Assembly: GCA_963770895.1 (NCBI GenBank)
Contig: CAVYRF010000002.1
Span: forward strand, 3,328,001-3,392,000
Origin: an uncultured Acidobacteriota bacterium
GTDB taxonomy: Bacteria; Acidobacteriota; Thermoanaerobaculia; Multivoradales; UBA5704
Direction: 5' to 3'
Length of the DNA: 64,000 bases
Shown: positions 19,835 through 29,440 of the stretch, one piece after another
Position numbering within the stretch: the stretch's first letter is position 1
How the letters are laid out: every line of letters begins with the position of its first letter
Program-made: the position numbers and the translations under genes
The notes under the pieces: generated by a model
The model's database searches: none
Seen by the model: only the letters and a program-made list of their open reading frames with translations
Told to the model about the DNA's origin: nothing

Positions 19835-20557
19835 TCACCAAGCCCCTCTGCGGTGGAGCGATGCCCACCGGCCAGTCGCGCCAAGTACGAGATGGTCGAG
19901 CAGCTCGACGCCCATCACATCGGCGGCTTCCTTCATGCGCTTGGTGAAGTGCCAATCCTCAGCGCTGGGCGTTGGATCACCGCTGGGATGGGTGTGAAAG
20001 AGCGCCACACCGGCGGCGCCTCGGAACAGGCATTCCTTCAAGATCTCGCGGGCCTCGACGTAGACCCGGTGCTGGGTGCCCCGGTAAATCTCCTTCTCGC
20101 CGATGAGGCTGTGGCGCAGGTCGAAGAACAGGGCACCGAGGACTTCCTGGTCGCGCTGCTGGTAGCGGAGCGTCAGGTAGCGGGCCAGCTCCGCCGGGCG
20201 GGTCAGCACGTGGTGGTCGGGAATGTACTGGCGCGCCAGGCGCCCGGCCAGCTCGGAGGCGGCGAGAACAACGGCAGCCTGGGTGTCGCGCAGGCCGCAA
20301 TGCCGAAGTAGGGCGAGGGTCAAGGCCGGGATGGCGGGCAGGCCGCCTCGGTCGGCCAGGAGGTGATGCGCCAGGGCCAGAGGCCGGTCACCGCTGCGAC
20401 CGCCACCGATCAGGACGGCGATGACCTCGCAGTCCGAGAGCGATGCGCTGCCCGCCCGCAGGAGCCGTGCCGCCGGCGGCTCCGCGGCGGGCATCGGCAA
20501 CGGGGCAGCCGGTGACGCATCCCGGTCGGCTGTGGTGACGAGTTGGAGGGCGTTCAT
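19835..20557 (-). CDS. radC: RadC-family JAB-domain protein
   Basis: G..SLSDCEVIAVLI N-terminal domain; E..HTHPSGDPTPSAED; LLDHLV. Confidence 0.9.
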   Translation of the reverse strand: MNALQLVTTADRDASPAAPLPMPAAEPPAARLLRAGSASLSDCEVIAVLIGGGRSGDRPLALAHHLLADRGGLPAIPALTLALLRHCGLRDTQAAVVLAASELAGRLARQYIPDHHVLTRPAELARYLTLRYQQRDQEVLGALFFDLRHSLIGEKEIYRGTQHRVYVEAREILKECLFRGAAGVALFHTHPSGDPTPSAEDWHFTKRMKEAADVMGVELLDHLVLGATGRWASLHRRGAW

Positions 20558-20886
20558 GGGCGTCTCCGCTGCAACCGCTCGTAGAACTCCCGTTGCAGCT
20601 CTTGGTCGGTGACCTGAGCCGACCGTAGCAGCGAGTGGATGGCAGGCCAGAGATCGTCGCCCACAACACATTCGATGGTGCCGAGAATGTCCGTGGCGAC
20701 GTCGTACGCCTTGCGTCCTTCCTGGCGGTCGGCAATGTCGGTAGGCGCCGGCAGTCCGTCGTGGACCTCTTCGAGGAGGTCCGTTACGGCGAGGAGTTGG
20801 GCGGCGGCATCGCTGAGGGCGGTCTGTGCCCTGGCGACCGTCCACGGGATAGGGGAAGAAGAGGTATCTTCGCTACAGCTCGGCAT
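20554..20886 (-). CDS. Hypothetical helical protein in the integrase-radC operon
   Basis: ATGA overlap with radC; acidic helical sequence; GGAG upstream. Confidence 0.6.
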   Translation of the reverse strand: MPSCSEDTSSSPIPWTVARAQTALSDAAAQLLAVTDLLEEVHDGLPAPTDIADRQEGRKAYDVATDILGTIECVVGDDLWPAIHSLLRSAQVTDQELQREFYERLQRRRP

Positions 20887-20991
20887 CGGGAGTCCTCCGG
20901 TGTCCGGGTCAGGCTCCGGCGGGAGCCTTCAACTCTCGCCGGGGCCGTCTGGTTGAGAAATTGGGGCGGCACGATGCCGCCCCGCCGTGCA

Positions 20992-22191
20992 TCAGGACTT
21001 CTTGAAGGGGATCACCTCCGCGGCCGGCTGGCCGTTGAGATCGGCGGCGATCTGGTTGGAGATCCGCGCGGCGGCGGCGCGGCGCGGGTCGTCGTCCAAG
21101 TGCGCGTAACGTGCGGTGGTCGCCGGGTGGCGGTGGCCGAGGATGGCGCCCAGCACCGGCAGCCCGAGATTGGCGGCTACGCCCACGGAGGCAAATCCGT
21201 GGCGAAGGTCATGCAGCCGGACATCCCCCAGCCCGGCCCGCTCGCGGATGCGCGTCCAGGGGCGCTGTAGGCCCACGAAGCGCCCATTCGGCCGGCGGCC
21301 GGGGATGACATAGGGGCTGCCTTCCAAGCGCGGCGCAGCGGCCAGCAGCTCGGCGGGCGCCGGACCGAGCGGGATGGACTTCTTGCCGGTCTTGCTGTCG
21401 GGCAGGTTGAGGGTGCCGGTGGCGAGGTCCACGTCCTGCCAGCGCAGATTGAGGATCTCGTTGCGCCGAGCGCCGGTCAGCAGGAGCAGCCGGATCGCCA
21501 GGACCGCGGCCGGGTCCTCCGAGCCGTCCTGTTCGACCGCGGAGAGCGCTTCGCCGAGCCGGCGAAGCTCGGCACCGGACATAAACCGTTCGCGCTTGCT
21601 CTCGCGAAAGCGGGCGATCCTCGGGCAGGGGTTCGAATGGAGCGGCCGGAGTCCCCACGTCTCGGCCAGGTTGAGCATCTTGCTCACCAAGGCGAGGACG
21701 CGGTTGGCCTGTACCGGCTTCTCCCGCAGGCTGTGGTGCAGGTCGGAGACCTCCTTCAGTCCGACCGCGGCAACCTTCCGCCGCCGGAGCGCCGGCAGGA
21801 CGTAGAGCCGCAAGCTCCGCTCATCGGCTTCGATGCTGGCCGGCTTCTTCTTCGGGCCGGCATGCTCCTCCAGGTAGCGACGGGCGAGGTCGGCGAACGT
21901 CGGCGCGGTCTTCTCGTCGGCCCGCTCGGCCGCCGGGTCCTCGCCGCGCGCTACCCGGCCGAGGATCTCCCGCGCGCGGTCCCGGGCCTGGTCAACGGTG
22001 ACCGGGCCGAACTCGCCCAGCGTCAGCCGGCGGGTCCGGCGCTCCCGCATCCACTCGACGGCGAACCACTGGCGCCCACTGGCCCGCACCCGGACGACGA
22101 AGCCGCGCAGCTCCGTGTCCCACACCTTGACCTCGCCGGCTGCCGGCGGCGGCAGGGAGTCGAGAAGACGTTTGGTGATCTTGGCTCGCAT
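20992..22191 (-). CDS. Tyrosine recombinase/integrase with N-terminal arm-binding domain
   Basis: WDTELRGF.VRV arm domain; TGARRNEI, SKTG, HDLRH, LGH...TTARYAH. Confidence 0.93.
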   Translation of the reverse strand: MRAKITKRLLDSLPPPAAGEVKVWDTELRGFVVRVRASGRQWFAVEWMRERRTRRLTLGEFGPVTVDQARDRAREILGRVARGEDPAAERADEKTAPTFADLARRYLEEHAGPKKKPASIEADERSLRLYVLPALRRRKVAAVGLKEVSDLHHSLREKPVQANRVLALVSKMLNLAETWGLRPLHSNPCPRIARFRESKRERFMSGAELRRLGEALSAVEQDGSEDPAAVLAIRLLLLTGARRNEILNLRWQDVDLATGTLNLPDSKTGKKSIPLGPAPAELLAAAPRLEGSPYVIPGRRPNGRFVGLQRPWTRIRERAGLGDVRLHDLRHGFASVGVAANLGLPVLGAILGHRHPATTARYAHLDDDPRRAAAARISNQIAADLNGQPAAEVIPFKKS

Positions 22192-22206
22192 GGGTCGGGT
22201 CTTTGG

Positions 22207-22249
22207 CTGGGCTGTCGCTGGGATATCCTGGGCTGTCGCTGGGCTGTCG
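22207..22249. repeat. Three direct repeats CTGGGCTGTCG upstream of the integrase (putative arm-type sites)
   Basis: Copies at 22207, 22228 and 22239, plus a partial copy at 22218. Confidence 0.65.
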
Positions 22250-22369
22250 TGGAACGGGATTCACAGAGTATCACCGGGATGCAGAAAGTCAAGAAACCCC
22301 ATAGAATAAAGGTTTGAGAGCACAACCGGGAACCATGAAAATTCGAGACACCAAGACTGAAAATCACGG

Positions 22370-24049
22370 GTCGAGTGGCGCGGGGGAATTTCACCCCCGC
22401 GCTCTCACGGAACCGGACGTGAGGCTCTCGCCTCATCCGGCTCTTACGATCCAGCCTCCGGTTGCGCCCCGAGGGTCCACAGCACGAATAGCGTCGGGTC
22501 GCGCCGAGCGACGAGTCCCAGCCAATGCACCGAGGCCCGTTTTCGGCGTTGCAGCCGTTTGTACTTCCGTCGCGCCCAGGTCGCCAGGGCCTCGTTGAGA
22601 TGGCGAAGGACTTGGAGACACTTCGACCGGTAGAACCGGCCGTAGTAGTTCATCCAGCCCCGCACCGATGGATTGACGAGCCGAGCCAAATCCTCCAGGG
22701 TCTGATTGTTCCTGGTGGACGCCATCCGCCACTGCCGGATGGTGGCGCGGATCGCCGTGGCGGCCTTGGTGCTGATCGCCGGCAGGAAGCTGACGAAAAA
22801 CTCTCCCTGGCGGTTCTTTGCTCGTCGAGGTTGGAAGGTGTAGCCCAGGAAGTCGAACGCTACGTGTTCGTGCTCCCCACGCCGATTGTCGTCTTTGCAG
22901 TAGACGATCCGGGTCTTCACCGGGTGAAGCTCCAGACCGCACCGTTCGAACCGACCCCGGATGGCGTCCAGCACTTCTTCGGCCTGCGACCTGCTCCGGC
23001 AATGGACGATCGCGTCGTCCGCATAGCGTTCGAACTGGACGCTCCGGAAGTTCCATTGCATCCAGGTGTCGAACGCGTAGTGCAGGAAGAGGTTGGCCAG
23101 CAGCGGACTGAGGACTCCGCCCTGCGGCGTGCCCTTCGTGCGCGGCTCCACGGTCCCGTCTCCCCTCTGCACGGAGGCACGAAGCCACCGTGCAACGTAC
23201 AGGCGGACCCATGGGATGTCGGTGTGGTGCGCCACGGCGCGCTCGACGAGATCGTGATCCAGGCTGTCAAAGAACGCCTTGATGTCCAGATCGATAACCC
23301 AGTCGGCGGCCCAGCATCGCCTCCTGGCAGTCTCCACGGCGTCGAGCGCAGACCGACCAGGCCGATAGGCGAACGAGTCGGGATGGAAGCTTGGCTCCAC
23401 CAGCGGCTCGAGCACCATCTTGGTGACCGTCTGAGCAACGCGGTCGGCAACCGTGGGTATGCCGAGGGGGCGCGTGCCCCCGTCTGCCTTCGGAATCTCA
23501 ACGAGCCGCACCGCTGGCGGGAAGTACGACCCCGACGACATTCGATTCCAGATCTTGTACAGGTTGCCCTTCAGATCCTTCTCGAACGCCGTCAACGTCT
23601 CGCCATCGATGCCAGCCGCACCGCGGTTCGCCTTCACCCGCTGGTACGCTTCCCAAACGAGTCGCTTCGGAATCTGGTAAGGCTTTGCCTCAGGCACAGG
23701 CTCCTCCCATTGCTGGTTGACCTAAACCGTTGGCCCGATCGTCGGGCTCCTTCGCTCCACCCGCATTACCAGGCTTCGCCGCTACTACGAGCCCGTCCGC
23801 CCCTTCGCCCCGCATCGGTACTCGACTCCTCGTGGGTCCACCACTTGGAGGTCTCCCTTAGCATCGAGGCGAGAGGTTCCCACGTTCCGCACAAGAGCCT
23901 GCACTGGGCTCACGCCGTCTCCATGCCGGTCGCCGCTCGGGCCGTCGGCAGGCACCCCCCGAGCTTCATCCCGGGCCGCCAACAGGAGCCCGGTTTCGGC
24001 GACATCCCTGAACTTTCGACACCTCGTCAACGGTTCACTCGCGTTCGTC
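22370..24049 (-). mobile_element. Group II intron (RmInt1-like, no endonuclease domain), 5' end possibly truncated
   Basis: DV/DVI GAGCCGGATGAGGCGAGAGCCTCACGTCCGGTTC...ACTCGAC directly after the RT stop; intron-like non-coding leader 23698-24049. Confidence 0.85.
22444..23697 (-). CDS. ltrA: Group II intron reverse transcriptase/maturase
   Basis: N.GAAGIDG, RPLGIPTVADR, GTPQGG, YADD, FDFLGY, GWMNYY; 417 aa. Confidence 0.97.
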   Translation of the reverse strand: MPEAKPYQIPKRLVWEAYQRVKANRGAAGIDGETLTAFEKDLKGNLYKIWNRMSSGSYFPPAVRLVEIPKADGGTRPLGIPTVADRVAQTVTKMVLEPLVEPSFHPDSFAYRPGRSALDAVETARRRCWAADWVIDLDIKAFFDSLDHDLVERAVAHHTDIPWVRLYVARWLRASVQRGDGTVEPRTKGTPQGGVLSPLLANLFLHYAFDTWMQWNFRSVQFERYADDAIVHCRSRSQAEEVLDAIRGRFERCGLELHPVKTRIVYCKDDNRRGEHEHVAFDFLGYTFQPRRAKNRQGEFFVSFLPAISTKAATAIRATIRQWRMASTRNNQTLEDLARLVNPSVRGWMNYYGRFYRSKCLQVLRHLNEALATWARRKYKRLQRRKRASVHWLGLVARRDPTLFVLWTLGAQPEAGS

Positions 24050-24217
24050 GAGCAGAGCGAGCAGCTCCACCCTGTGGTCGCGAAGCGTCTGCGCGATGTC
24101 GGGCGTCATGCTGGCGCGCGGCCCCCTAACGCGCAGGCTGTCGCCGTCCACCGCGATGGAGAGCCCCATCCGCGCCAACGTCGCGAGCAGCTCGGCCGCG
24201 CTCACGTGATCGTCCAT
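24035..24217 (-). CDS. Small protein resembling TubC N-terminal docking-like domains seen in mobile elements
   Basis: ELLATLARMGLSIAVDGDSLRVRGP...LRDHRVELLALL pattern. Confidence 0.5.
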   Translation of the reverse strand: MDDHVSAAELLATLARMGLSIAVDGDSLRVRGPRASMTPDIAQTLRDHRVELLALLDERE

Positions 24218-24615
24218 TCCCCGGTGTCGGCCTCTGCCTCTGTCCCAGCAGTCTCGGTTCGGGCCAGCAGCGCTGCTGGCGCTCCCGTGTCACCCGACAG
24301 CTCGCTCGGTTCCATTGCGTGGTCCGTCTCGGGCCCCTCCCCTCCGGGAGGAACGGGCGAAGGCGTGCGCGAAGTCCTGCCGGACGTAGCCCTTGGCCGT
24401 CCTGGCTCCGTCGCGGAGCGACCTCGACCGTATGCCAAACCAGGCGGCATCCCGCGTGTGGCCGCCAGGCGGCTGACGGCAGCGCGGAGCGTTTCAGCTA
24501 CCGCCGCGCACGATACTCTCAGAGACGAAAAAAACTGGCGGAGGCGGGTGGGCTGGTCGGCCCGCTGGCCAATTCTGCCTCGGGGGGGCACCCCGAGAGC
24601 GACAAGGAGCCACCG

Positions 24616-24795
24616 ATGAGAAAGGCCAACAGGAAGCTTCCGGTCTGCCGTGAGACCCTCCACGCCCTGACCCTCAGCGCGGCGCCCCTGCGGGATGCGG
24701 TTGGCGGCTACCCGACGCAGTCCACGGTGCCAGGCTGCAGCGCCAACTGCACAAAGGTGCTCGCCTGCTCGATCAGGATCAACTGCACCCAGTAA
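24616..24795 (+). CDS. Orphan lanthipeptide-like precursor, 59 aa
   Basis: AAGGAG RBS; MRKANRKLPVCRETLHAL..AVGG leader | YPTQSTVPGCSANCTKVLACSIRINCTQ core (4 Cys, 7 Ser/Thr). Confidence 0.75.
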   Translation: MRKANRKLPVCRETLHALTLSAAPLRDAVGGYPTQSTVPGCSANCTKVLACSIRINCTQ

Positions 24796-24969
24796 AGCGC
24801 CCTCACGCATCGCTCCGAGGCGGCGGCGACGGGCGACATCGACCACGGTCTCGCCCTCGCGCCGCGATCGTTTCGCCGGTGGGCCGCCGATCACGCCACC
24901 GCGCTTATGGAAGGTCCAACCGCATCGAGTTGACCCTTGCCGCGGTCAGGCACCGGACCATCTTCGCCG

Positions 24970-25185
24970 AGGGAGGCCGAAGTCGCCGTGGGTGACGAAC
25001 TCGACGATTTTGGTGCGCAGGATCGCGTCGGGGTCGATGAGGCGCGTCAGGGAGCCGTCGAGGAAGCTCTGGCGCAAGCTGGTGAGCCGCCAAGCGCCGG
25101 TCTCTTTGAGGGTCGGTGGCCAGTTGCGGTCGAGGTAGCCGGCTCCGATAGATTCGTTGAGGAGGGCGCTGGATTTGAGGGTGCT
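24970..25185 (-). pseudogene. Possible internal fragment of a DUF499-type ATPase
   Basis: ALLNESIGAGYLDRNWPP.LKE.GAW.L.SLRQSFLDGSLTRLIDPD; family assignment from memory only. Confidence 0.4.
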
Positions 25186-26047
25186 GAGGACTCTTCCGCA
25201 GAGGGTCTCTCCGCGGCGTGGCTACGCCGCCCGATCGATCTGCACGCGGTGCAAGCGGGCGACTGTCCAGCGTCACGCACTACATCGTGGCGCTCCGGGA
25301 CGGTGGCGACTGGTCGCTCGACAACGGCCAGGGCGTCAGCGCCGGTTGGCCCAACGAGCTGGGGGCGGAGGAGCGCGCCAGAAGGATGGGGGGGTTGCTA
25401 TCACCGCCAAGCACCACAGAGAGCTCGATGAGCGTTTAATTGTCCGGGCACTACGCAATCAACGCCCGATCGACAAAATTGCGAATGCGACTCGAACGCA
25501 CCACACACCCGGGAAAATCAAGCGAAGGATACGAAATCACAGATCACGGCGTTCTGCCGATTCCTCCACACCGCCGGCGCCGCCGGCCGTACCTGCGGCT
25601 CCAATCCCGTCGTCGTCTTTCGCAGTGTGGCGGTCCGGCCAATCGCTGGGGTAGCCTGCTGCGTCTACGCCAGCGCCGTCATGAGCGGCCTGCGTCCCTT
25701 CCCCTCGTCGAGCCCGGCGTGGTGCGGCTCGGCGTCATCCCGATGGACTTCTACAATCGCTACGATCCCTTCCTGCGTGTGCTGCTTGCCGCCAACCCGC
25801 TGCACTCCGGCGACGACGATGCGGCAAGACCCGCCAAGCCGGCAGCACGGCCGGCCACCCCGCCGCCGGCCCGGCCGCGGTAGGCCGGCGGCGGCCGGAC
25901 GGACGCTGTGTGGCATGGCGCCTCGCTGCCGGCGCCCCCGCATCGGCCCCCTCGGATCGGACGCTCGCTCCCTGCCCACCGAGGGCCGCAGCGGCGGGCG
26001 TGCCGAGTCGCAGCACGCCTGCAGCCGGCCTTCGGGGCACGGACCTC

Positions 26048-27133
26048 CTACGGGCAGGGCAGCGCCGCCGTGTCGGCCACGGTCACCGTGGTGGTGCCGT
26101 TGTTGTTGAGGTACCCCTTGTGGTGGCCGGTCTGGGTATCGACCACCTCGACGCCCCAGCCCTGGTTGGTGAGGCCGCCGATGAAGACCCAGAAGCTGTT
26201 GTTGATCGCGCAGGCATCCAGCACCTTGACGCCCATCTCGAAGTTGCTCGAATCGGTGAAGTAGAAGAATACCGACTCGTCGCTCTCTGCGCGCGTACCG
26301 TTGAAGCTCAGCACACTGGCAGAACCGCTGCCGGTGGTCGTGTTGTCGTAGGCCGCGCTCACCTGGAACCGCGAGCTGAGCAGACAACCGCTGCTCGAGG
26401 TCGGCGAGCACGAGGTGGCCACGGAGCAGGTCGAGCCCGAAGGCTCGTCGAGCGGGAATTCCACGAACCCGTTGCTCTCCGGCGCCGAGGCCGTGCCGCC
26501 TCTGGTGAAGGTGCGGATGTCCGCCAGGTGGGTGCCCGAGATCAGGACGATCGACAGGTAGTAGCAGCCGGGGGTATTGGGCGGTGCGTAGGCGATCTCG
26601 CCGGTGTCCACGCTGCCGGTGTCCGTGCCGCCCGTGAGCACTGCGTCGAGGTCGGCCAGCGCCAGCTGGTAGTAGGTGAAGGTGCCGCTGGTGAGGGCAG
26701 GCACCACGGCGGTGGCCCACAGGGCGATCTTGAGGTCGCCGGTGGTGCCGCCCGCGTTGGTGTCGATGATGTCCGATACCTTGACCTCCGCCTGACCATT
26801 TCCCCAGGTGGCACCGATGGCATCGACCAGGTAGAGGCCGGACGCGGCGTCCTTCGGCTGCAGCGAGGTCGAGAGCACCTGGCCCGCGCCGTCGTTCCGC
26901 GCCGCCCGCGCATGCACGGGACCGATCGACACGTATGAGCGCACCGCCGGCAGGGCGCTTGCGGGCGTCGCCGCGCCGCCCCCGGCCTGGCCGAGGTCGG
27001 CGAAGACGACGGCCTCCGGCGGTGGCGCGGCAAAGGCCGCGGTGGCCAGCAGGCCGGCGGCAGTAATGGTGGCGAGCGCCAGCGAACGCGTCCGGCGACG
27101 ATCGATTCTCTGCGACTGCATGGAGTTCGACAT
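26048..27133 (-). CDS. Secreted hypothetical protein with conserved C-terminal 'VKVLDAC..N..FWVF' domain
   Basis: Signal-peptide-like N-terminus; AAAGGAGAG RBS; C-terminal domain shared with 29441-31327. Confidence 0.8.
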   Translation of the reverse strand: MSNSMQSQRIDRRRTRSLALATITAAGLLATAAFAAPPPEAVVFADLGQAGGGAATPASALPAVRSYVSIGPVHARAARNDGAGQVLSTSLQPKDAASGLYLVDAIGATWGNGQAEVKVSDIIDTNAGGTTGDLKIALWATAVVPALTSGTFTYYQLALADLDAVLTGGTDTGSVDTGEIAYAPPNTPGCYYLSIVLISGTHLADIRTFTRGGTASAPESNGFVEFPLDEPSGSTCSVATSCSPTSSSGCLLSSRFQVSAAYDNTTTGSGSASVLSFNGTRAESDESVFFYFTDSSNFEMGVKVLDACAINNSFWVFIGGLTNQGWGVEVVDTQTGHHKGYLNNNGTTTVTVADTAALPCP

Positions 27134-27497
27134 ACGCGGTCTCTCCTTTCCGGCCCGGTCGGCATCCAGCCTCCGGGAGGCTGTACCGGATGGCCTGGCC
27201 GACAGATCTCGGCGAAAACTGTGAGAAGGGTGATGCTTAGAGATTGTACCAGAGCTCGACCCCGCGTACAGTCCGGCTGCGGAGCGCCGGTCCCCGGCCG
27301 CCCCGAGCGCTGATCAGCTGCCGGTTCCGTCTCTGTCGGATGAGCCGTACTCGGAAAGGAGGCACCCCTACCCAAGCAACCGCTCAATCCGATGATCTTT
27401 CTACCCGGCTTCTACGGCTCGCAGCTCAACCTGGAGCGACCAAGGATCAGGAACGCGAGCTTGGCCGGCGCGCTCGCATCTTGATCAAGGAGCTGTG

Positions 27498-27800
27498 ATG
27501 AACAAGAAGCATTTCGGCGAGATGCTGGGTTCGCTCGATGAGGCCGTCGAGATCGCCCGCGGAAGCGGACGCCCGGCAGGGCCTACACTCTGAGCAAGCC
27601 GGATGCGCGCGCGATCCGCCGGTCGCTTGGCCTGACGCAGGTGGAGTTTGCCGCGCTCCTCAACATTCCGGTGACCACCATTCAGGGGTATGAGCAGGGG
27701 CGGCGCGCACCCGATGCGCCAGCCCGCACTCTGCTGCGCGTCGCTCTGGCAGCGCCAGAGCTCCTGCGGAGCATCCACGCTGAAAGGAAGGTCGCGAGAG
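27498..27800 (+). pseudogene. HigA/NadS-like HTH antitoxin, frameshifted near 27580; possible degenerate toxin remnant upstream
   Basis: MNKKHFGEMLGSLDEAVEIARG continues in another frame as AIRRSLGLTQVEFAALLNIPVTTIQGYEQGRRAPDAPARTLL. Confidence 0.75.
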
Positions 27801-28106
27801 CGGCTGGCTCGCCGGGGCAGCCACGCGGCAAGGCCGAGCCGGCCGGCGCTCAACGCCCAGGCCCTGATCTCCCTGGCGGCCGGGGTGCACAACCGGGCAT
27901 CGGTTGCGCGCCCCCCTATAGCAGATGGCATGCGGTTGGCCGCGGCGCGCAGCGGTTCGTCGGCGCAGAAATGCGTGCTCAGGCGCCGTATCGGCCTCGA
28001 AATCGGGCGCCCACCTGGCCAGGCTGTCGGTGATGGTGGCGATGAGGACGAGCAGAGCTGCGCGCTGGAAGTCTCCGTGCGGGCGGCCAGGTCTGGTGCT
28101 CGCGCC

Positions 28107-28900
28107 TCATGGCACCCGCAGCTCGAAGCCGAGCCAGGCGTCCAGGAAGCGGAGGTCGCCGGCCCCGGTACCGTTCACTGCGTGAGCGGTGACCCCGGTC
28201 TCGAGCGCGGCGCGAGCGGTCACCGGCACCTCGAGGCCCACCCCGGCCTGGTAGCCCCCATGGGTGCTGCCGAGGGCACGGTACAGTCCCACCCCGGCGC
28301 TGGCGAAGGGGCGCCACAGACCGCTCCCGCCGAGGACCTTGACCGCCAGGGCGGCGTCGGTGACCCCCAGGTTGCCGGGCGGGGCCGCCGGCGTTGGGGC
28401 GAAGGCGTGGTAGCCGAGCTCCACTCCAGCCCGGAAGTGCTGGGTGAACGGCCACTCGAGGTCGACTCGGGATTCGAAGCCGGGGGAGTAGGCGTCATGC
28501 ATCTTGGCGACCGGATAGTCGCCGCCCACCGACACCCCCAGAAGGAGCGCATGGGGCGAGCCGAACGCGCCCGCCGCTCCCGAACCGCCAGCGCCGCCCA
28601 CGGCGCCAGAGCCGCCCGCGACCGCGCCGTCGGGGGCGCGGCGGATGCCGGCCAGTTGATAGAAGACGGTCGAAACCACCGGCCCCACGACGTAGGCGTG
28701 CTGGTGGGGATCGTAGTGCTTCGCGTGCGGGTCAACGACTCGCGCGATGAGGTAGACGGTCGTCGAGGGGAACAGATCGCGCTGGGTTCCAGCGCAGATC
28801 GGGCCTTCCTTGTCCGGGCTCTGCAGCGAGTCCCGCCCTGTCGTCGATCGGCCGGCAGTGGGGATGCCCTGACTGCAATCGACGACCCCGGGCTCCCCGA
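28107..28900 (-). pseudogene. C-terminal fragment ending in an outer-membrane beta-barrel domain
   Basis: Amphipathic strands RPFASAGVGLY, YQAGVGLEV, AWLGFELR; no plausible start. Confidence 0.55.
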
Positions 28901-29034
28901 GGCGATGCCTGACCTCGACATGCGGCGGCTGTGAAAGCGGCGCCACCGCGCAGCGCCTGCCGTCGCGCAGCTCGCCTGGCTCGCATTTGCCGACCAGCCA
29001 GGGGCGGATCGAATCGCCGGTGCGCGTCTTCGGC

Positions 29035-29215
29035 TCTGGGACCCGCTGGCCCGCAAGGCCCACAGGGACCGCAAGGCGTCTCTGCGCCGGCTGGCGTGCG
29101 AGTGTTCACGGCTTCCCAATGCAGCAGCGCCTGCACGCTTGTCGTCCCCGCCGGAGTCGGCCAGGTGATAGTCGAGGCCTGGGGAGCCGGTGGTGGAGGT
29201 GGTGGCGCCATCACC
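29035..29215 (+). pseudogene. Collagen-like GXY plus glycine-rich domain fragment
   Basis: GPAGPQGPQGPQG ... VPAGVGQVIVEAWGAGGGGGG. Confidence 0.5.
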
Positions 29216-29440
29216 CCGCCGGTCGATGTAGCCACGGTCATGGTCCTCCCGTCCGTTGCGGCCTGCAGGGCGGTCGCCGTCGCGTTTCTCGGTCTCGCTG
29301 TCGTCGTCGCCGCGACGACCTATGCGGCAAGCCCACTATCCGAGCTCCATGATCTCGGCGTGACGCCGGGCAGGCGGGTTAATTCTCCCAGATGCCCAAT
29401 GGTATCTGGACAGGTGCATTGGTCTACCCCAGCTTGCTTT

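Noticed and set aside
22444-23697. RT as a retron, DGR or defence RT
   Set aside because: Group II intron RT motifs, a maturase domain and a directly adjacent DV/DVI identify it as an intron-encoded protein
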